Source: Candidatus Competibacteraceae bacterium
GTDB lineage: Bacteria > Pseudomonadota > Gammaproteobacteria > Competibacterales > Competibacteraceae
NCBI GenBank assembly: GCA_020444905.1
Contig: JAGRHQ010000001.1
Location: 810-64,809 of the forward strand
Length of the DNA: 64,000 bases
Reading direction: 5' to 3'
Shown here: one piece after another, positions 45,953 through 55,346 of the stretch
Position numbering within the stretch: position 1 is the stretch's first letter
How the letters are laid out: every line of letters begins with the position of its first letter
Program-made: the position numbers and the translations under genes
The notes under the pieces: model-generated
Told to the model about the DNA's origin: nothing
The model's database searches: none
The model's input: the letters and a program-made list of their open reading frames with translations, nothing else

Positions 45953-46025
45953 GATCGGTGACTCCTCAAGTCAAATGCGTGTATTCTTAAATTTATTATA
46001 GTGACCTGCAGAGTGGTTGGCATCC

Positions 46026-47048
46026 ATGAGCAAAAACAGAACCCCTACTGGCGCGCGCATCACCTTGGCTCATGGCAATGGCGGACGCTTGATGCGCGAG
46101 CTGATCGACGAGATTTTTGCCCGAGCGCTAGGCAACCAGTTGGATACCCATGTGGATGCGGCTCGACTGCCGCTGAATGCGCCCGGATCGGACTGGCTGA
46201 TCACTACCGATGGTTTTACTGTCGAGCCGCTGGAATTTCCCGGCGGGGACATCGGCAGTCTGGCGGTGCATGGCACGGTCAACGACCTGGCCGTTTCCGG
46301 CGCTACGCCGCGCTATCTGAGCTTAAACGTCTTCATCGAGGAAGGTCTGGAAATGGCGGTGCTGGAGCGCGTCAGCCGCTCCATCGCTCACGCCTGCGGG
46401 AACTGCGGCGTCCGCATTCTGGCGGGAGACACCAAGGTGGTTCGGCATGGCCAAGGGGGCGGTCTATATCTGGCGACGACGGGCATCGGCGAGCGCCGTC
46501 GTGGAATCGAACTTGGCCTCGAACGCATCCAACCGGGCGATCGGCTGATAGTGAGCGGTACAGTAGGCGATCATGGAACGGCGGTTATGCTGGCTCGAGA
46601 ACAATTCGGGCTTTCCGGGAGTTTATTGTCCGATGCAACGAACGTAGCGCCGGTCACGGAATCCTTGCTGCAATGGCCGGGATTGCGGTTCATGCGCGAT
46701 CCCACGCGCGGCGGCGTCGCCACGGTTGCGCATGACATCGCTTCAGCTACGGGCGCTACTGTGCGTCTGTTCGAGAAACACTTGCCGGTGCGCCAGGAGG
46801 TGCGGGGAGTCTGCGAAATCCTGGGCTATGACCCCTATTATCTGGCCTCGGAAGGCCGGGTTGTGGCCGCATTAAGTCTGGAAGACGCCGAACCCGCTGT
46901 TGCAGTGTTGCAACAGATCGGCTTTAGCGATGCCTGCGTCATGGGCGTGATCGAACTGGGCGCAGCGCGCGTCATTCTACAGACGAGTCTGGGCGGTGAG
47001 AGAGTTCTCCCGGAATTAGAGGATGATCCCCTGCCGCGCATCTGCTGA
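46026..47048 (+). CDS. hypE: Hydrogenase maturation protein HypE
   Basis: ITLAHGNGG, an AIR-synthase-like fold, and a C-terminal PRIC. The start was trimmed to ATG 46026. It is divergent from hypC. Confidence 0.92.
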   Translation: MSKNRTPTGARITLAHGNGGRLMRELIDEIFARALGNQLDTHVDAARLPLNAPGSDWLITTDGFTVEPLEFPGGDIGSLAVHGTVNDLAVSGATPRYLSLNVFIEEGLEMAVLERVSRSIAHACGNCGVRILAGDTKVVRHGQGGGLYLATTGIGERRRGIELGLERIQPGDRLIVSGTVGDHGTAVMLAREQFGLSGSLLSDATNVAPVTESLLQWPGLRFMRDPTRGGVATVAHDIASATGATVRLFEKHLPVRQEVRGVCEILGYDPYYLASEGRVVAALSLEDAEPAVAVLQQIGFSDACVMGVIELGAARVILQTSLGGERVLPELEDDPLPRIC

Positions 47049-47170
47049 GTTTTCCCAAAGACCCAGGATAGTGCTCCCCTCGCAACAGGCCAGCGAAGCG
47101 GATGAATATCTAAAACCAATTAGGATAAGATACCCGTTTTCCAAGTGTTCAGACCCGGAGTTCCGTCATC

Positions 47171-47815
47171 ATGAGTCAATCCCTTGCCGAACTGCGTCAG
47201 GAATATTCCCTGGGCGCTTTAACCAAAGCCGAGGTCGATCCCGATCCCATCCGGCAATTTCAACGCTGGCTGGACGAAGCGATCAAAGCCGAGTTGCCTG
47301 AACCGAACGCCTTGACGCTGGCTACCGCTGATCGCACCGGACGTCCATTTGCACGCGTCGTGCTGCTCAAGGATTGTGATATTGATGGTTTCGTGTTCTA
47401 CACCAACTATCGCAGCGACAAGGGCCAGCAACTCGCGGAAAATCCCCATGCCGCGCTGGTGTTCCTGTGGCTGGAGCTGGAGCGGCAAGTGCGCATCGAG
47501 GGGATCGCTAACAAAGTTTCACCTTCTGAATCAGAATCTTATTTCATAACCCGTCCGCGTGAGAGCCGCCTGGGCGCGCTGGCTTCGCGGCAAAGCCAGG
47601 TGGTGGCCAACCGTCAGATTCTGGAGGAGCGTTATCAGCAGTTGGCCGCCCAGTACTCCGACGACAATATTCCAATGCCGAACCAGTGGGGCGGCTATCG
47701 GGTGAAGCCGGAAATGCTGGAATTCTGGCAGGGTCGTCATGGCCGGATGCACGACCGCTTGCGCTATCGCCTGCGGAAAGAGGGGGGTTGGTTGCTGGAG
47801 CGGTTGGAGCCTTGA
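47171..47815 (+). CDS. pdxH: Pyridoxamine 5'-phosphate oxidase
   Basis: LATADRTGRPFARVVLLK, FYTNYRSDKG, RIEG, EFWQGRHGRMHDRLRY. Confidence 0.93.
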   Translation: MSQSLAELRQEYSLGALTKAEVDPDPIRQFQRWLDEAIKAELPEPNALTLATADRTGRPFARVVLLKDCDIDGFVFYTNYRSDKGQQLAENPHAALVFLWLELERQVRIEGIANKVSPSESESYFITRPRESRLGALASRQSQVVANRQILEERYQQLAAQYSDDNIPMPNQWGGYRVKPEMLEFWQGRHGRMHDRLRYRLRKEGGWLLERLEP

Positions 47816-47886
47816 GGCGGGTATTAGGCAGACACCTAGATTCGGCTACTGCCTGATCACGGGTCGGAGGCAAGGGCGTTTTTCAA

Positions 47887-49230
47887 ATGTCCAACATGCT
47901 GCAAGTAATAGGAAAAAATTGTTTTAACCGGGTTGCAACTGGATTATTGCCGGGTTCGCTGTTGTTCTGTCTGGCCGTGTTCGTCCAAGCAGATCTAGCC
48001 GCCCCGGAAGAGTGGTGGGTTACGCGCACTGCGACTGATCAACCGCGCATTCAGTTATATTTCTTCTGGACGCAAACCTGCCCCCATTGCCGCAAGGCGC
48101 GACCATTTATTGAGGCATTGCCCGCTGATTATCCCTGGCTGGATTTACGCAGCTATAACCTGAACCGCGACATGGCAGGCGGGTTGCACTACAGCCGGAT
48201 GGCCAAGGCGCTGGGTGAATCCGCCCAGGCCGTGCCAGCATTCCTGTTCTGCGGGAAGATATTCACCGGTTTTGACCCAGATACTACCAACCGTCTACTG
48301 CGCCAGCAACTGGAAGAATGCCACCATCGTTACTCACAACCTAACGCCTCTGCGGAAACCCGCGAAATTTTAACGCCTGGCATAACGACTGCCGATGAAT
48401 CACCTCTGGATCTGCCGTTGATCGGCGCGCTCGATCCGAGCGCATGGTCGCTGCCCGCACTGACGGTGGTATTAGCGGGTCTGGATGCTTTCAATCCCTG
48501 CGCGTTCTTCGTCCTGCTGTTTTTGCTCAGTCTCCTGGTTCATGCCCGCAACCGCCAGCGCATGTTCCTGATCGGAGGCGTGTTCATTTTCTTTTCCGGG
48601 ATTATCTATTTCATGTTCATGGCGGCCTGGCTGAATGTCTTTCTGTGGCTGGGCGAATTGCAATGGATCACCCTGCTGGCCGGCTTGCTGGCGGTGGTCA
48701 TAGGCGGGTTGAATATCAAGGACTTTCTGACCTTGCAGCAGGGACCGTCATTAAGTATTTCCGCTCAGGCCAAGCCAAGACTGTTCAAGCGAATGCGGGA
48801 ACTGGTAGGGGGCGATCGTTTGCCGGGACTGCTCCTTGGAACTGCAATGTTGGCTATCGTCGCCAATAGTTATGAGCTACTTTGCACTGCAGGATTCCCG
48901 ATGGTGTATACCCGGACCCTGACCCTGAACGATTTATCCGCCAGCGCGTATTATCTGTATCTGGCGTTTTATAACCTGATCTATGTCCTGCCCTTGCTGG
49001 CGATTGTTCTGGTGTTTACCTGGACGCTGGGTTCGCGAAAACTCCAGGAACGGGAGGGGCGGTTGCTGAAATTGCTGTCGGGAACCATGATGACTGGACT
49101 GGGATTGATGCTGCTCATTTATCCCCAGGGGTTAAGTGAACCGGGGATTTCGCTATTGCTCATTATTACCGCGCTGATAGTAACCGGGTTGGCGGCAGTG
49201 CGGCGTAAGCAACTGCGTAAAATGTCATAA
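47887..49230 (+). CDS. Fusion of a periplasmic thioredoxin-like domain (CPHC) and a DsbD/CcdA-like thiol-disulfide transfer membrane domain
   Basis: Signal/anchor segment, then YFFWTQTCPHCRKARPF, then at least 6 hydrophobic segments containing LDAFNPCAFFVL and YELLCTAGFP (two membrane-embedded Cys). Confidence 0.7.
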   Translation: MSNMLQVIGKNCFNRVATGLLPGSLLFCLAVFVQADLAAPEEWWVTRTATDQPRIQLYFFWTQTCPHCRKARPFIEALPADYPWLDLRSYNLNRDMAGGLHYSRMAKALGESAQAVPAFLFCGKIFTGFDPDTTNRLLRQQLEECHHRYSQPNASAETREILTPGITTADESPLDLPLIGALDPSAWSLPALTVVLAGLDAFNPCAFFVLLFLLSLLVHARNRQRMFLIGGVFIFFSGIIYFMFMAAWLNVFLWLGELQWITLLAGLLAVVIGGLNIKDFLTLQQGPSLSISAQAKPRLFKRMRELVGGDRLPGLLLGTAMLAIVANSYELLCTAGFPMVYTRTLTLNDLSASAYYLYLAFYNLIYVLPLLAIVLVFTWTLGSRKLQEREGRLLKLLSGTMMTGLGLMLLIYPQGLSEPGISLLLIITALIVTGLAAVRRKQLRKMS

Positions 49231-49284
49231 TCAAGGTAACTTCGTTATGAAATATTGACGAATACAATTCAGTAGCCAAAAAAC

Positions 49285-49312
49285 TTGCAGTATCAAATAT
49301 ACCCTGTATAAT
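49285..49312 (+). promoter_or_regulatory. Near-consensus sigma-70 promoter (TTGCAG-16 nt-TATAAT) in an AT-rich intergenic region
   Basis: TTGCAG at 49285-49290 and TATAAT at 49307-49312, with TG immediately 5' of the -10 box. No annotated ORF starts within about 180 nt downstream. Confidence 0.45.
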
Positions 49313-49585
49313 GTACCGTCATTCTTGGTTCGCGTTAACCTTAATTAAATTGCAGCGATTAGAGTCAGCAAAGTAATTTCGAGGATTTACCCTCAAGGCT
49401 TTTGCGAATTAGCGATCTGGAATTTCAAATGTTAAATAATATTCGAAATAAAAAGACCGGGATTACCCGGCCATAACCACCAAAGGAGGGGCGTGCGATA
49501 ATGAATAAAGGTCAAAAACCTGCCGCATAGCGCCTATCCAGGATTTCGGATCAGAGCCACCCCCCCAATCCTAATCCTGTTTCCC

Positions 49586-49620
49586 AGACCGGTCCCCAAA
49601 GATCGGTCTTCTTGTTTCTG
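49586..49620 (+). terminator. Intrinsic-terminator-like hairpin upstream of the ABM gene
   Basis: AGACCGGTC-cccaaa-GATCGGTCT (9 bp including one G-U pair) followed by TCTTGTTTCTG. Confidence 0.45.
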
Positions 49621-49698
49621 ATTCTTATAAGAGTTGGGGAATAAACGTGGTGCGATTGACCGAGCTTACGCCAAGTAAGCGAATGGAGGGAATTGCTA

Positions 49699-50001
49699 AT
49701 GTTAATGACGATCGCGAAATTCGAGGCGCGTCCCGAGTTCAGAATGAAATTGCTGGAACTGGCGCTGGCGTTGGTTGAACATTCGCGCAGCGAGAACGGC
49801 TGCTTGGAGTATGGTTGTTATCAGGACATTACGAACGCGGACCGATTACTGATGGTCGGCCGCTGGACCAACCAGGAAGTTCTGGAAAATCATTATGAAA
49901 GTGAACAATTCCGCCAACTGGTTGCCCAGTTTGCGGATTTAGTGGTAGAGGCGCCGCCTTCGGTCAGCCTCTACGAAGTCGTGGAAATGGATCGCCTTTG
50001 A
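49699..50001 (+). CDS. Antibiotic-biosynthesis-monooxygenase (ABM/Dabb) domain protein
   Basis: About 100 aa: MLMTIAKFEARPEF...ENGCLEYGCYQD...LLMVGRWTNQEVLENHYESEQF. RBS GGAGGG lies 8 nt before ATG 49699. Confidence 0.75.
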   Translation: MLMTIAKFEARPEFRMKLLELALALVEHSRSENGCLEYGCYQDITNADRLLMVGRWTNQEVLENHYESEQFRQLVAQFADLVVEAPPSVSLYEVVEMDRL

Positions 50002-50051
50002 TGCCAGGTTAGCCCCTACCCAGCGCCCGCAGGGATCAGTGAGGCGCACGA

Positions 50052-50312
50052 TCACGCCCCTCCCAACCGTTCAGTCAGGTAATGCTCACAGCCTTTTAGC
50101 GTAGATAGCTTTGGGTAGTCAAAGTCAAAGATCGTAACATTGAGTTCCTTTTCCAGGCTCATCATCAGCCGGAGAAAATCAATGGAATCCAACTCAAGTT
50201 GATCATGAAAGCTGATGTCAGGATGAAGCGCCTGGGTATCGGCGTTCGGGATGACATCGCTCAGGGTGCGCAGAACCGTGTCGCGAATCTGCTCGTTGCT
50301 TATGGCATTCAT
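50052..50312 (-). CDS. Acyl/peptidyl carrier protein (phosphopantetheine attachment LELDSIDFL)
   Basis: 86 aa with the four-helix ACP pattern. The Ser lies in the DSID motif. It is not the housekeeping acpP context. Confidence 0.75.
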   Translation of the reverse strand: MNAISNEQIRDTVLRTLSDVIPNADTQALHPDISFHDQLELDSIDFLRLMMSLEKELNVTIFDFDYPKLSTLKGCEHYLTERLGGA

Positions 50313-50372
50313 TACAATTTTCCTCTCACGAGTAATGGAAGCTTAAATTCCAATCTGGTTTTACCGCTTCGG

Positions 50373-50391
50373 CATGTTGCGCCGCAACATG
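50373..50391. promoter_or_regulatory. Perfect 19-bp palindrome CATGTTGCG-C-CGCAACATG upstream of the ACP gene
   Basis: Read directly. It lies 61-79 nt upstream of the ACP start in the AT-rich ligase-ACP spacer, and no flanking T-run is present. Confidence 0.3.
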
Positions 50392-50517
50392 AAGTCTTAC
50401 ATTGATTCTCTGAAAAAGCAAGTAATCTTGCATGCTGCACAAAATGCTAACAATGCAATTTTCCAGCCAGATAACCTTTCACTCTCCATTCTACCCATGA
50501 AAATTAGAATAAACTGC

Positions 50518-52275
50518 CTAAACACCAGAATTTTGCGAGCGTCCTCCCTCCAAAGTAGACATATCGCCCAGTGGCAATCCCAGTTCGCGCGCGCGCAAGA
50601 GTCGCCGCATGATCTTGCCGCTACGGGTTTTGGGCAAATCCGCTGCAAATTCCAGTTCGCGCGGCGCCACTGCCGGCCCTAAATGGGTGCGTGCAAAGCC
50701 CAGCAATTCTTTGCGTAGCGCATCGCTAGGTTCGTAGCCGGCTTTTAATGCAACAAAGACCTTGACGATCTGTCCGGCAAACTCGTCCGGTTTGCCGATC
50801 ATGCCGGCTTCCGCCACCGCCGGATGTTCCATCAGCACATTCTCGACCTCAAATGGGCCGACCAGATGGCCCGAGGTTTTAATAACGTCGTCGTTGCGGC
50901 CCACGAACCGGAAATAGCCATCGGCATCGCAAGTCGCCAGATCGCCGCTCAGATACCAACCATCGGCGAAGCACTGCCGGTAGCGTTCCTCATCCTCCAG
51001 ATAGCCCCGGAACATGGAAGGCCACCCCGCCCGCAGCGCCAGCTCACCTTCCACACCCGGCGGCAGGCGATCCACGCCGCCATCGGGCCGGCGCTGAACA
51101 ATGGCCGCTTCGATGCCGGGCAACGGCTGGCCCATCGAGCCGGGTTGGACAGGGGCAGCGCGATAATTGGCGATCATGATGGCCCCGGTCTCGGTTTGCC
51201 ACCAGGTATCATGAAAAGGTCGGCCCAGCGCCGCCATGCTCCAGTGAACCGCTTCGGGATTCAGCGGCTCGCCGACACTGGCCATGAAGCGCAAGGCGCT
51301 TAAATCATGTCCACATAGAGCTTCAGCGCCCATTTTCATCAGCATACGGACTGCAGTCGGCGCGGTGTACCACACATTGACCCGCTCCCGGTCCAAAATG
51401 GCATACCAGCGCCGCGCATCGAATTCTGCCTCATCGACCACCAGGGTCGCGCCATTCACCAGCGGCGCGATGATGCCGTAGGAAACGCCGGTGACCCAGC
51501 CCGGATCAGCGGTGCACCAGTAAATGTCCCCAGGCCGCAAATCCAGCACCCAGCGGCCAGTCAACCCATGAGCGACCACGGCTTCGTGAACGTGGATCGC
51601 ACCCTTGGGCGTTCCAGTGGTACCGCTGGTGAAATGCAGTAGCGCCCAGTCTTCGGGCTGGGTGCGCGGCGGGGGACGGTGGTCGGTTTCGGCCTCCAGC
51701 AGAGTGTGGAACGAGCGAGTGCCGGGTTCGTCGCCATTGCCGTCGGTCAGCAACACCTGCTCCAGATGCGGCAATTCGCTCCGCTGTTCCCGCACCTTGC
51801 GCTGGTGCAGCAGTGTCGTAGTAATCAGTACCCGCGCCCGGCTTTTCACCAGGCGCACCCGCACTGGCTCTGGACCGAACGCGGAAAAGAGCGGGCAAAA
51901 GACCGCGCCTGCTTTCAGCGTTCCCAGCGCCGTGATATAGAGTTCGGGAATCCGTCCCGCCAGAATGCAGACCCGGTCGCCCGGTTGAATGCCTAGTCGT
52001 TGGAGAGCGTTGGCAAAGCGGTTGCTCAGACGGGCCAATTCGGCGTAGCTGAAATCCCGTCGCTCACCGTTCTTGCCCAGCCAGCGCAACGCGACCGCTT
52101 CACCGCAACCGGCGGCGACCCAGCGATCCACTGCTTCAAAAGCAATGTTCAGACCGCCGTCCGGCAAACCGGCGCATTCAGCGCGGGCGGCGTCCCAAGA
52201 GAACGTAGCGCGCATGGCTTCAATGTCTGTCAGATTCGGGACCGGTTCGCGGTCATTTAGAGTTTTGGGTATCAT
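50518..52275 (-). CDS. AMP-forming acyl-CoA/acyl-ACP synthetase of the acetyl-CoA synthetase family (585 aa)
   Basis: [25 protein letters not shown], and the C-terminal [14 protein letters not shown], which is the conserved Acs Lys motif. Confidence 0.85.
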   Translation of the reverse strand: MIPKTLNDREPVPNLTDIEAMRATFSWDAARAECAGLPDGGLNIAFEAVDRWVAAGCGEAVALRWLGKNGERRDFSYAELARLSNRFANALQRLGIQPGDRVCILAGRIPELYITALGTLKAGAVFCPLFSAFGPEPVRVRLVKSRARVLITTTLLHQRKVREQRSELPHLEQVLLTDGNGDEPGTRSFHTLLEAETDHRPPPRTQPEDWALLHFTSGTTGTPKGAIHVHEAVVAHGLTGRWVLDLRPGDIYWCTADPGWVTGVSYGIIAPLVNGATLVVDEAEFDARRWYAILDRERVNVWYTAPTAVRMLMKMGAEALCGHDLSALRFMASVGEPLNPEAVHWSMAALGRPFHDTWWQTETGAIMIANYRAAPVQPGSMGQPLPGIEAAIVQRRPDGGVDRLPPGVEGELALRAGWPSMFRGYLEDEERYRQCFADGWYLSGDLATCDADGYFRFVGRNDDVIKTSGHLVGPFEVENVLMEHPAVAEAGMIGKPDEFAGQIVKVFVALKAGYEPSDALRKELLGFARTHLGPAVAPRELEFAADLPKTRSGKIMRRLLRARELGLPLGDMSTLEGGRSQNSGV

Positions 52276-52379
52276 CTTGATCTCTCCAAGCGTCGCTCGC
52301 TGAATCAGGCTATTATTAAACGATCCAAGTTCAATCCGCCGGCTCTGTTCCGGCGCTGGTCCCCGCTCGAGACCCGCTC

Positions 52380-55076
52380 ATGACCATTCGCAATCTTGAA
52401 TACCTGTTCAAACCCCGCTCCATTGCGGTGATCGGGCGTGGCAAACAGCCTGATGGCCCTGATGCCGCCGTAGAATTTAACCTGATCGAAGGTGGCTTCA
52501 AAGGCCCGGTGATGCCGGTGAATCCCGATCAGCGGTCCATTGCCGGGGTGCTGGCCTACCCAAATATCGCCAGTCTGCCGGTAAGCCCAGACCTGGCCAT
52601 TTTAACCACGCCGCTCGATGAGGCGCCGGCCCTGATCGATGAACTCGGTCAGCGCGGGACGCGGGCCGTGCTGTTACTCAGCCGCGAAGTATTGCAGGAT
52701 CATCGTGGGGCAAAGGCGGCGTTGCTCAGCCAGGACATGTTGCGCAAGCACCCGGATGATGGGGAAGTGCTGAAGCAGAAAATTCTTGATACGGCAAAGC
52801 CTTATTTGTTACGGATCATGGGGCCGGATCACTTAGGCTATATCGCGCCATCGGCGAATGTCAACGCCAGTTTGAGCGGCAATCGACCCTTGGCTGGCCA
52901 TATCGCGCTGCTCTGTCAATCGGCGGCGGTGATGCGCAGCGTGATCGACTGGGCCACCAGCCGCAATATTGGTTTTTCTCATGTGATCTCCGTAGGCATT
53001 CGCTGGGATGTCGACTTTGGCGATCTGCTGGATTACCTGTTACGGGATTATCAGACTCGCGCCATCTTGATGTATATGGAGAATACCCGCAATCGTCGCA
53101 AGTTTGTCTCCGCCGCTCGCGTCGCCGCCCGGGTCAAACCGGTAATCGTGCTGAAACCGCACGATTTTCGCACCGGTCCGGTCGAAGACGCGGTTTACGA
53201 CGCCGTCTTCCAGCGCGCCGGCATCCTGCGCGTAGACAGCATCGAACAATTATTTAGCGCGGCGGAGACCCTGGCCACCGCCAGGCCGGTTTACAGCGAC
53301 CGGCTCACCATTGTCAGCAACAGTTACAGCCTGGCACTGATGACCAGCGATACCTTGCTGCGCTACGACGGCCATCTGGCGGAAATCAGCGCGGCGACCC
53401 GTGAGCGCGTAGCGCAAACCTGCCGGCCCGGCCATGTCATTGAAAATCCGGTCGATCTTGGCGATACGGCTGGCCCTGATCAGTATGGCCAGTCGCTGGA
53501 TCTATTGTTGCGGGAACCCGGGGCCGATGGGGTGCTGGTGATCCACGCCCCGGCCTCGACCGACCGCTCCCTGGACTGCGCCCAGGCCGTGACCGAGCGG
53601 GCGGCCAAGAGCCGGCGGTTGGTGATGACCTGCTGGCTGGGTGAATCGTCGGCGGAGCCGGCGCGCGAATTATTCAAAAATGCGCAGATTCCTACCTATG
53701 AAGCGCCAGACGAGGCGGTCGAGGCGTTTATGCGGCTGGCTCAGTATCGACGTAATCAGGAACTGCTGATGGAGACTCCGCCCTCGGTGCCCGAGGAGTT
53801 CACAGCAGATGCCGAGACCGCCCGCCGGATTATCCAGATCGCGCTGACTGCAGGCCGTCGACGGCTAAACGCCTATGAAGCCAGCCAGGTGCTCAGCGCC
53901 TACGAAATCCCGGTCGTGCCCCTGCAATTTGCCTCCACCCCGGAAGCGGCAACCGATATAGCGCTGGAATTGGGGATGCCGGTCGCTCTCAAGATTCTTT
54001 CACCAGACATTGTCAATAAATCCGATGTCGGCGGCGTGGCGTTCAGCCTCAAGAATCCACTGGAAGTGCTGGTGGCGGCGACCGAGATGTTGAACCGGGT
54101 GCGCGATCTCGCTCCCGAAGCGGTCATTGACGGTTTCGCGGTGCAACCCATGCACTATCGGCATAATATTTATGAATTGATGATGGGCGTGCGGACCGGC
54201 AAACGGTTTGGACCCGTGATCTTTTTCGGTCAGGGCGGCACCGAGGCCGGCGTTATCGATGATGTCGCTTACGCCTTGCCGCCACTGAACATGCAGCTGG
54301 CGCGCGATCTGATCTGGCGAACCCGATTGTATCGTCGACTGAGCACGAATCGTGGCCGACCAGTCGATCTGGACGCCATTGCTTTGACCTTGCTAAAAAT
54401 TTCGCAAATGGTGGTCGATTTAGCGGAAGTAGTGGAACTGGATATTAATCCCATCTGGCTCAGTTCCGACGGATTGCTGGCGTTGGACGCTAATGTAGTG
54501 ATCGAACCCAGTGCGGAACCCGCCGCCAAAAGGTTAGCCATTTTGCCCTATCCCAAACAGATGGAGCGCCGTTATACCCTGCCTGATGGCCGTTCTTTCC
54601 TGATGCGGCCTATTCTGCCGGAGGATGAACCGGAGTTGCAGAATCTGGTGAAACGGATGCCAGCGGAAGATGTCCGGATGCGGTTTTTCCAGCCAATTCA
54701 TGAGTTATCGCATGAAATGGCGGCCCGTCTGACGCAACTGGATTACGAACGCGAAATGGCGATCATTGTCACCGATCCGGATGCCATTCCCGGTAAAGGC
54801 ACAATTTGGGGGGTGGTGCGTTGTAATGCAGACCCGGACTTGGAGAGGGCCGAGTATGCAATCCTGGTGGACCGCGCCATGATCGGAATCGGGCTGGGGC
54901 CGATGTTGATGCGTTACATTATCGAATACGCCAGGCAACAGGGCATCAAGGAAATTTATGGTGAGGTTCTGCGGGAGAATGAATCGATGCTCCGGCTCAA
55001 TCGGGCGCTTAATTTCAAAATTGAGGCAACGCTCGACGATCCTGGAGTGCTGCATGTGAAGTTGTCATTGGTCTAA
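52380..55076 (+). CDS. pat: Pat/YfiQ-type protein lysine acetyltransferase (ADP-forming acyl-CoA synthetase-like N-terminal region + C-terminal GNAT)
   Basis: 898 aa. LFKPRSIAVIGRG (CoA-binding), an ATP-grasp-like centre, and a C-terminal GNAT (GIGLGPMLMRYIIEYARQQG). Confidence 0.85.
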   Translation: MTIRNLEYLFKPRSIAVIGRGKQPDGPDAAVEFNLIEGGFKGPVMPVNPDQRSIAGVLAYPNIASLPVSPDLAILTTPLDEAPALIDELGQRGTRAVLLLSREVLQDHRGAKAALLSQDMLRKHPDDGEVLKQKILDTAKPYLLRIMGPDHLGYIAPSANVNASLSGNRPLAGHIALLCQSAAVMRSVIDWATSRNIGFSHVISVGIRWDVDFGDLLDYLLRDYQTRAILMYMENTRNRRKFVSAARVAARVKPVIVLKPHDFRTGPVEDAVYDAVFQRAGILRVDSIEQLFSAAETLATARPVYSDRLTIVSNSYSLALMTSDTLLRYDGHLAEISAATRERVAQTCRPGHVIENPVDLGDTAGPDQYGQSLDLLLREPGADGVLVIHAPASTDRSLDCAQAVTERAAKSRRLVMTCWLGESSAEPARELFKNAQIPTYEAPDEAVEAFMRLAQYRRNQELLMETPPSVPEEFTADAETARRIIQIALTAGRRRLNAYEASQVLSAYEIPVVPLQFASTPEAATDIALELGMPVALKILSPDIVNKSDVGGVAFSLKNPLEVLVAATEMLNRVRDLAPEAVIDGFAVQPMHYRHNIYELMMGVRTGKRFGPVIFFGQGGTEAGVIDDVAYALPPLNMQLARDLIWRTRLYRRLSTNRGRPVDLDAIALTLLKISQMVVDLAEVVELDINPIWLSSDGLLALDANVVIEPSAEPAAKRLAILPYPKQMERRYTLPDGRSFLMRPILPEDEPELQNLVKRMPAEDVRMRFFQPIHELSHEMAARLTQLDYEREMAIIVTDPDAIPGKGTIWGVVRCNADPDLERAEYAILVDRAMIGIGLGPMLMRYIIEYARQQGIKEIYGEVLRENESMLRLNRALNFKIEATLDDPGVLHVKLSLV

Positions 55077-55114
55077 AGCCATCAGTGCGGTTTTGCACAT
55101 TAACGGCGGCGGCC

Positions 55115-55282
55115 ATGATTTTTCGGCAATTGTTCGAACCGGTGTCCTGCGCCTATACCTACCTGCTCGGTTGTCCAGCAACCGGCGAATGCGCATTGAT
55201 CGATCCGGTCATTGAAACCGCGTGTGGTCAATGTCCGCCTAATGTGCCCGATGAAATGCGTCGCTTGTGCGTTCAGGGTTGA
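55115..55282 (+). pseudogene. N-terminal fragment of an ETHE1-like MBL-fold hydrolase, truncated after ~35 conserved residues
   Basis: MIFRQLFEPVSCAYTYLLGCPATGECALIDPVIET matches the typical start of persulfide-dioxygenase-like proteins. The HxHxDH motif region is missing, and the sequence runs into the AT-rich islet. Confidence 0.55.
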
Positions 55283-55346
55283 AGGCATGTTATGTGAGGT
55301 CAAACAAACCGAGTGAACCGCCCCGGGTTTTGAGGAGGCTCCAACC

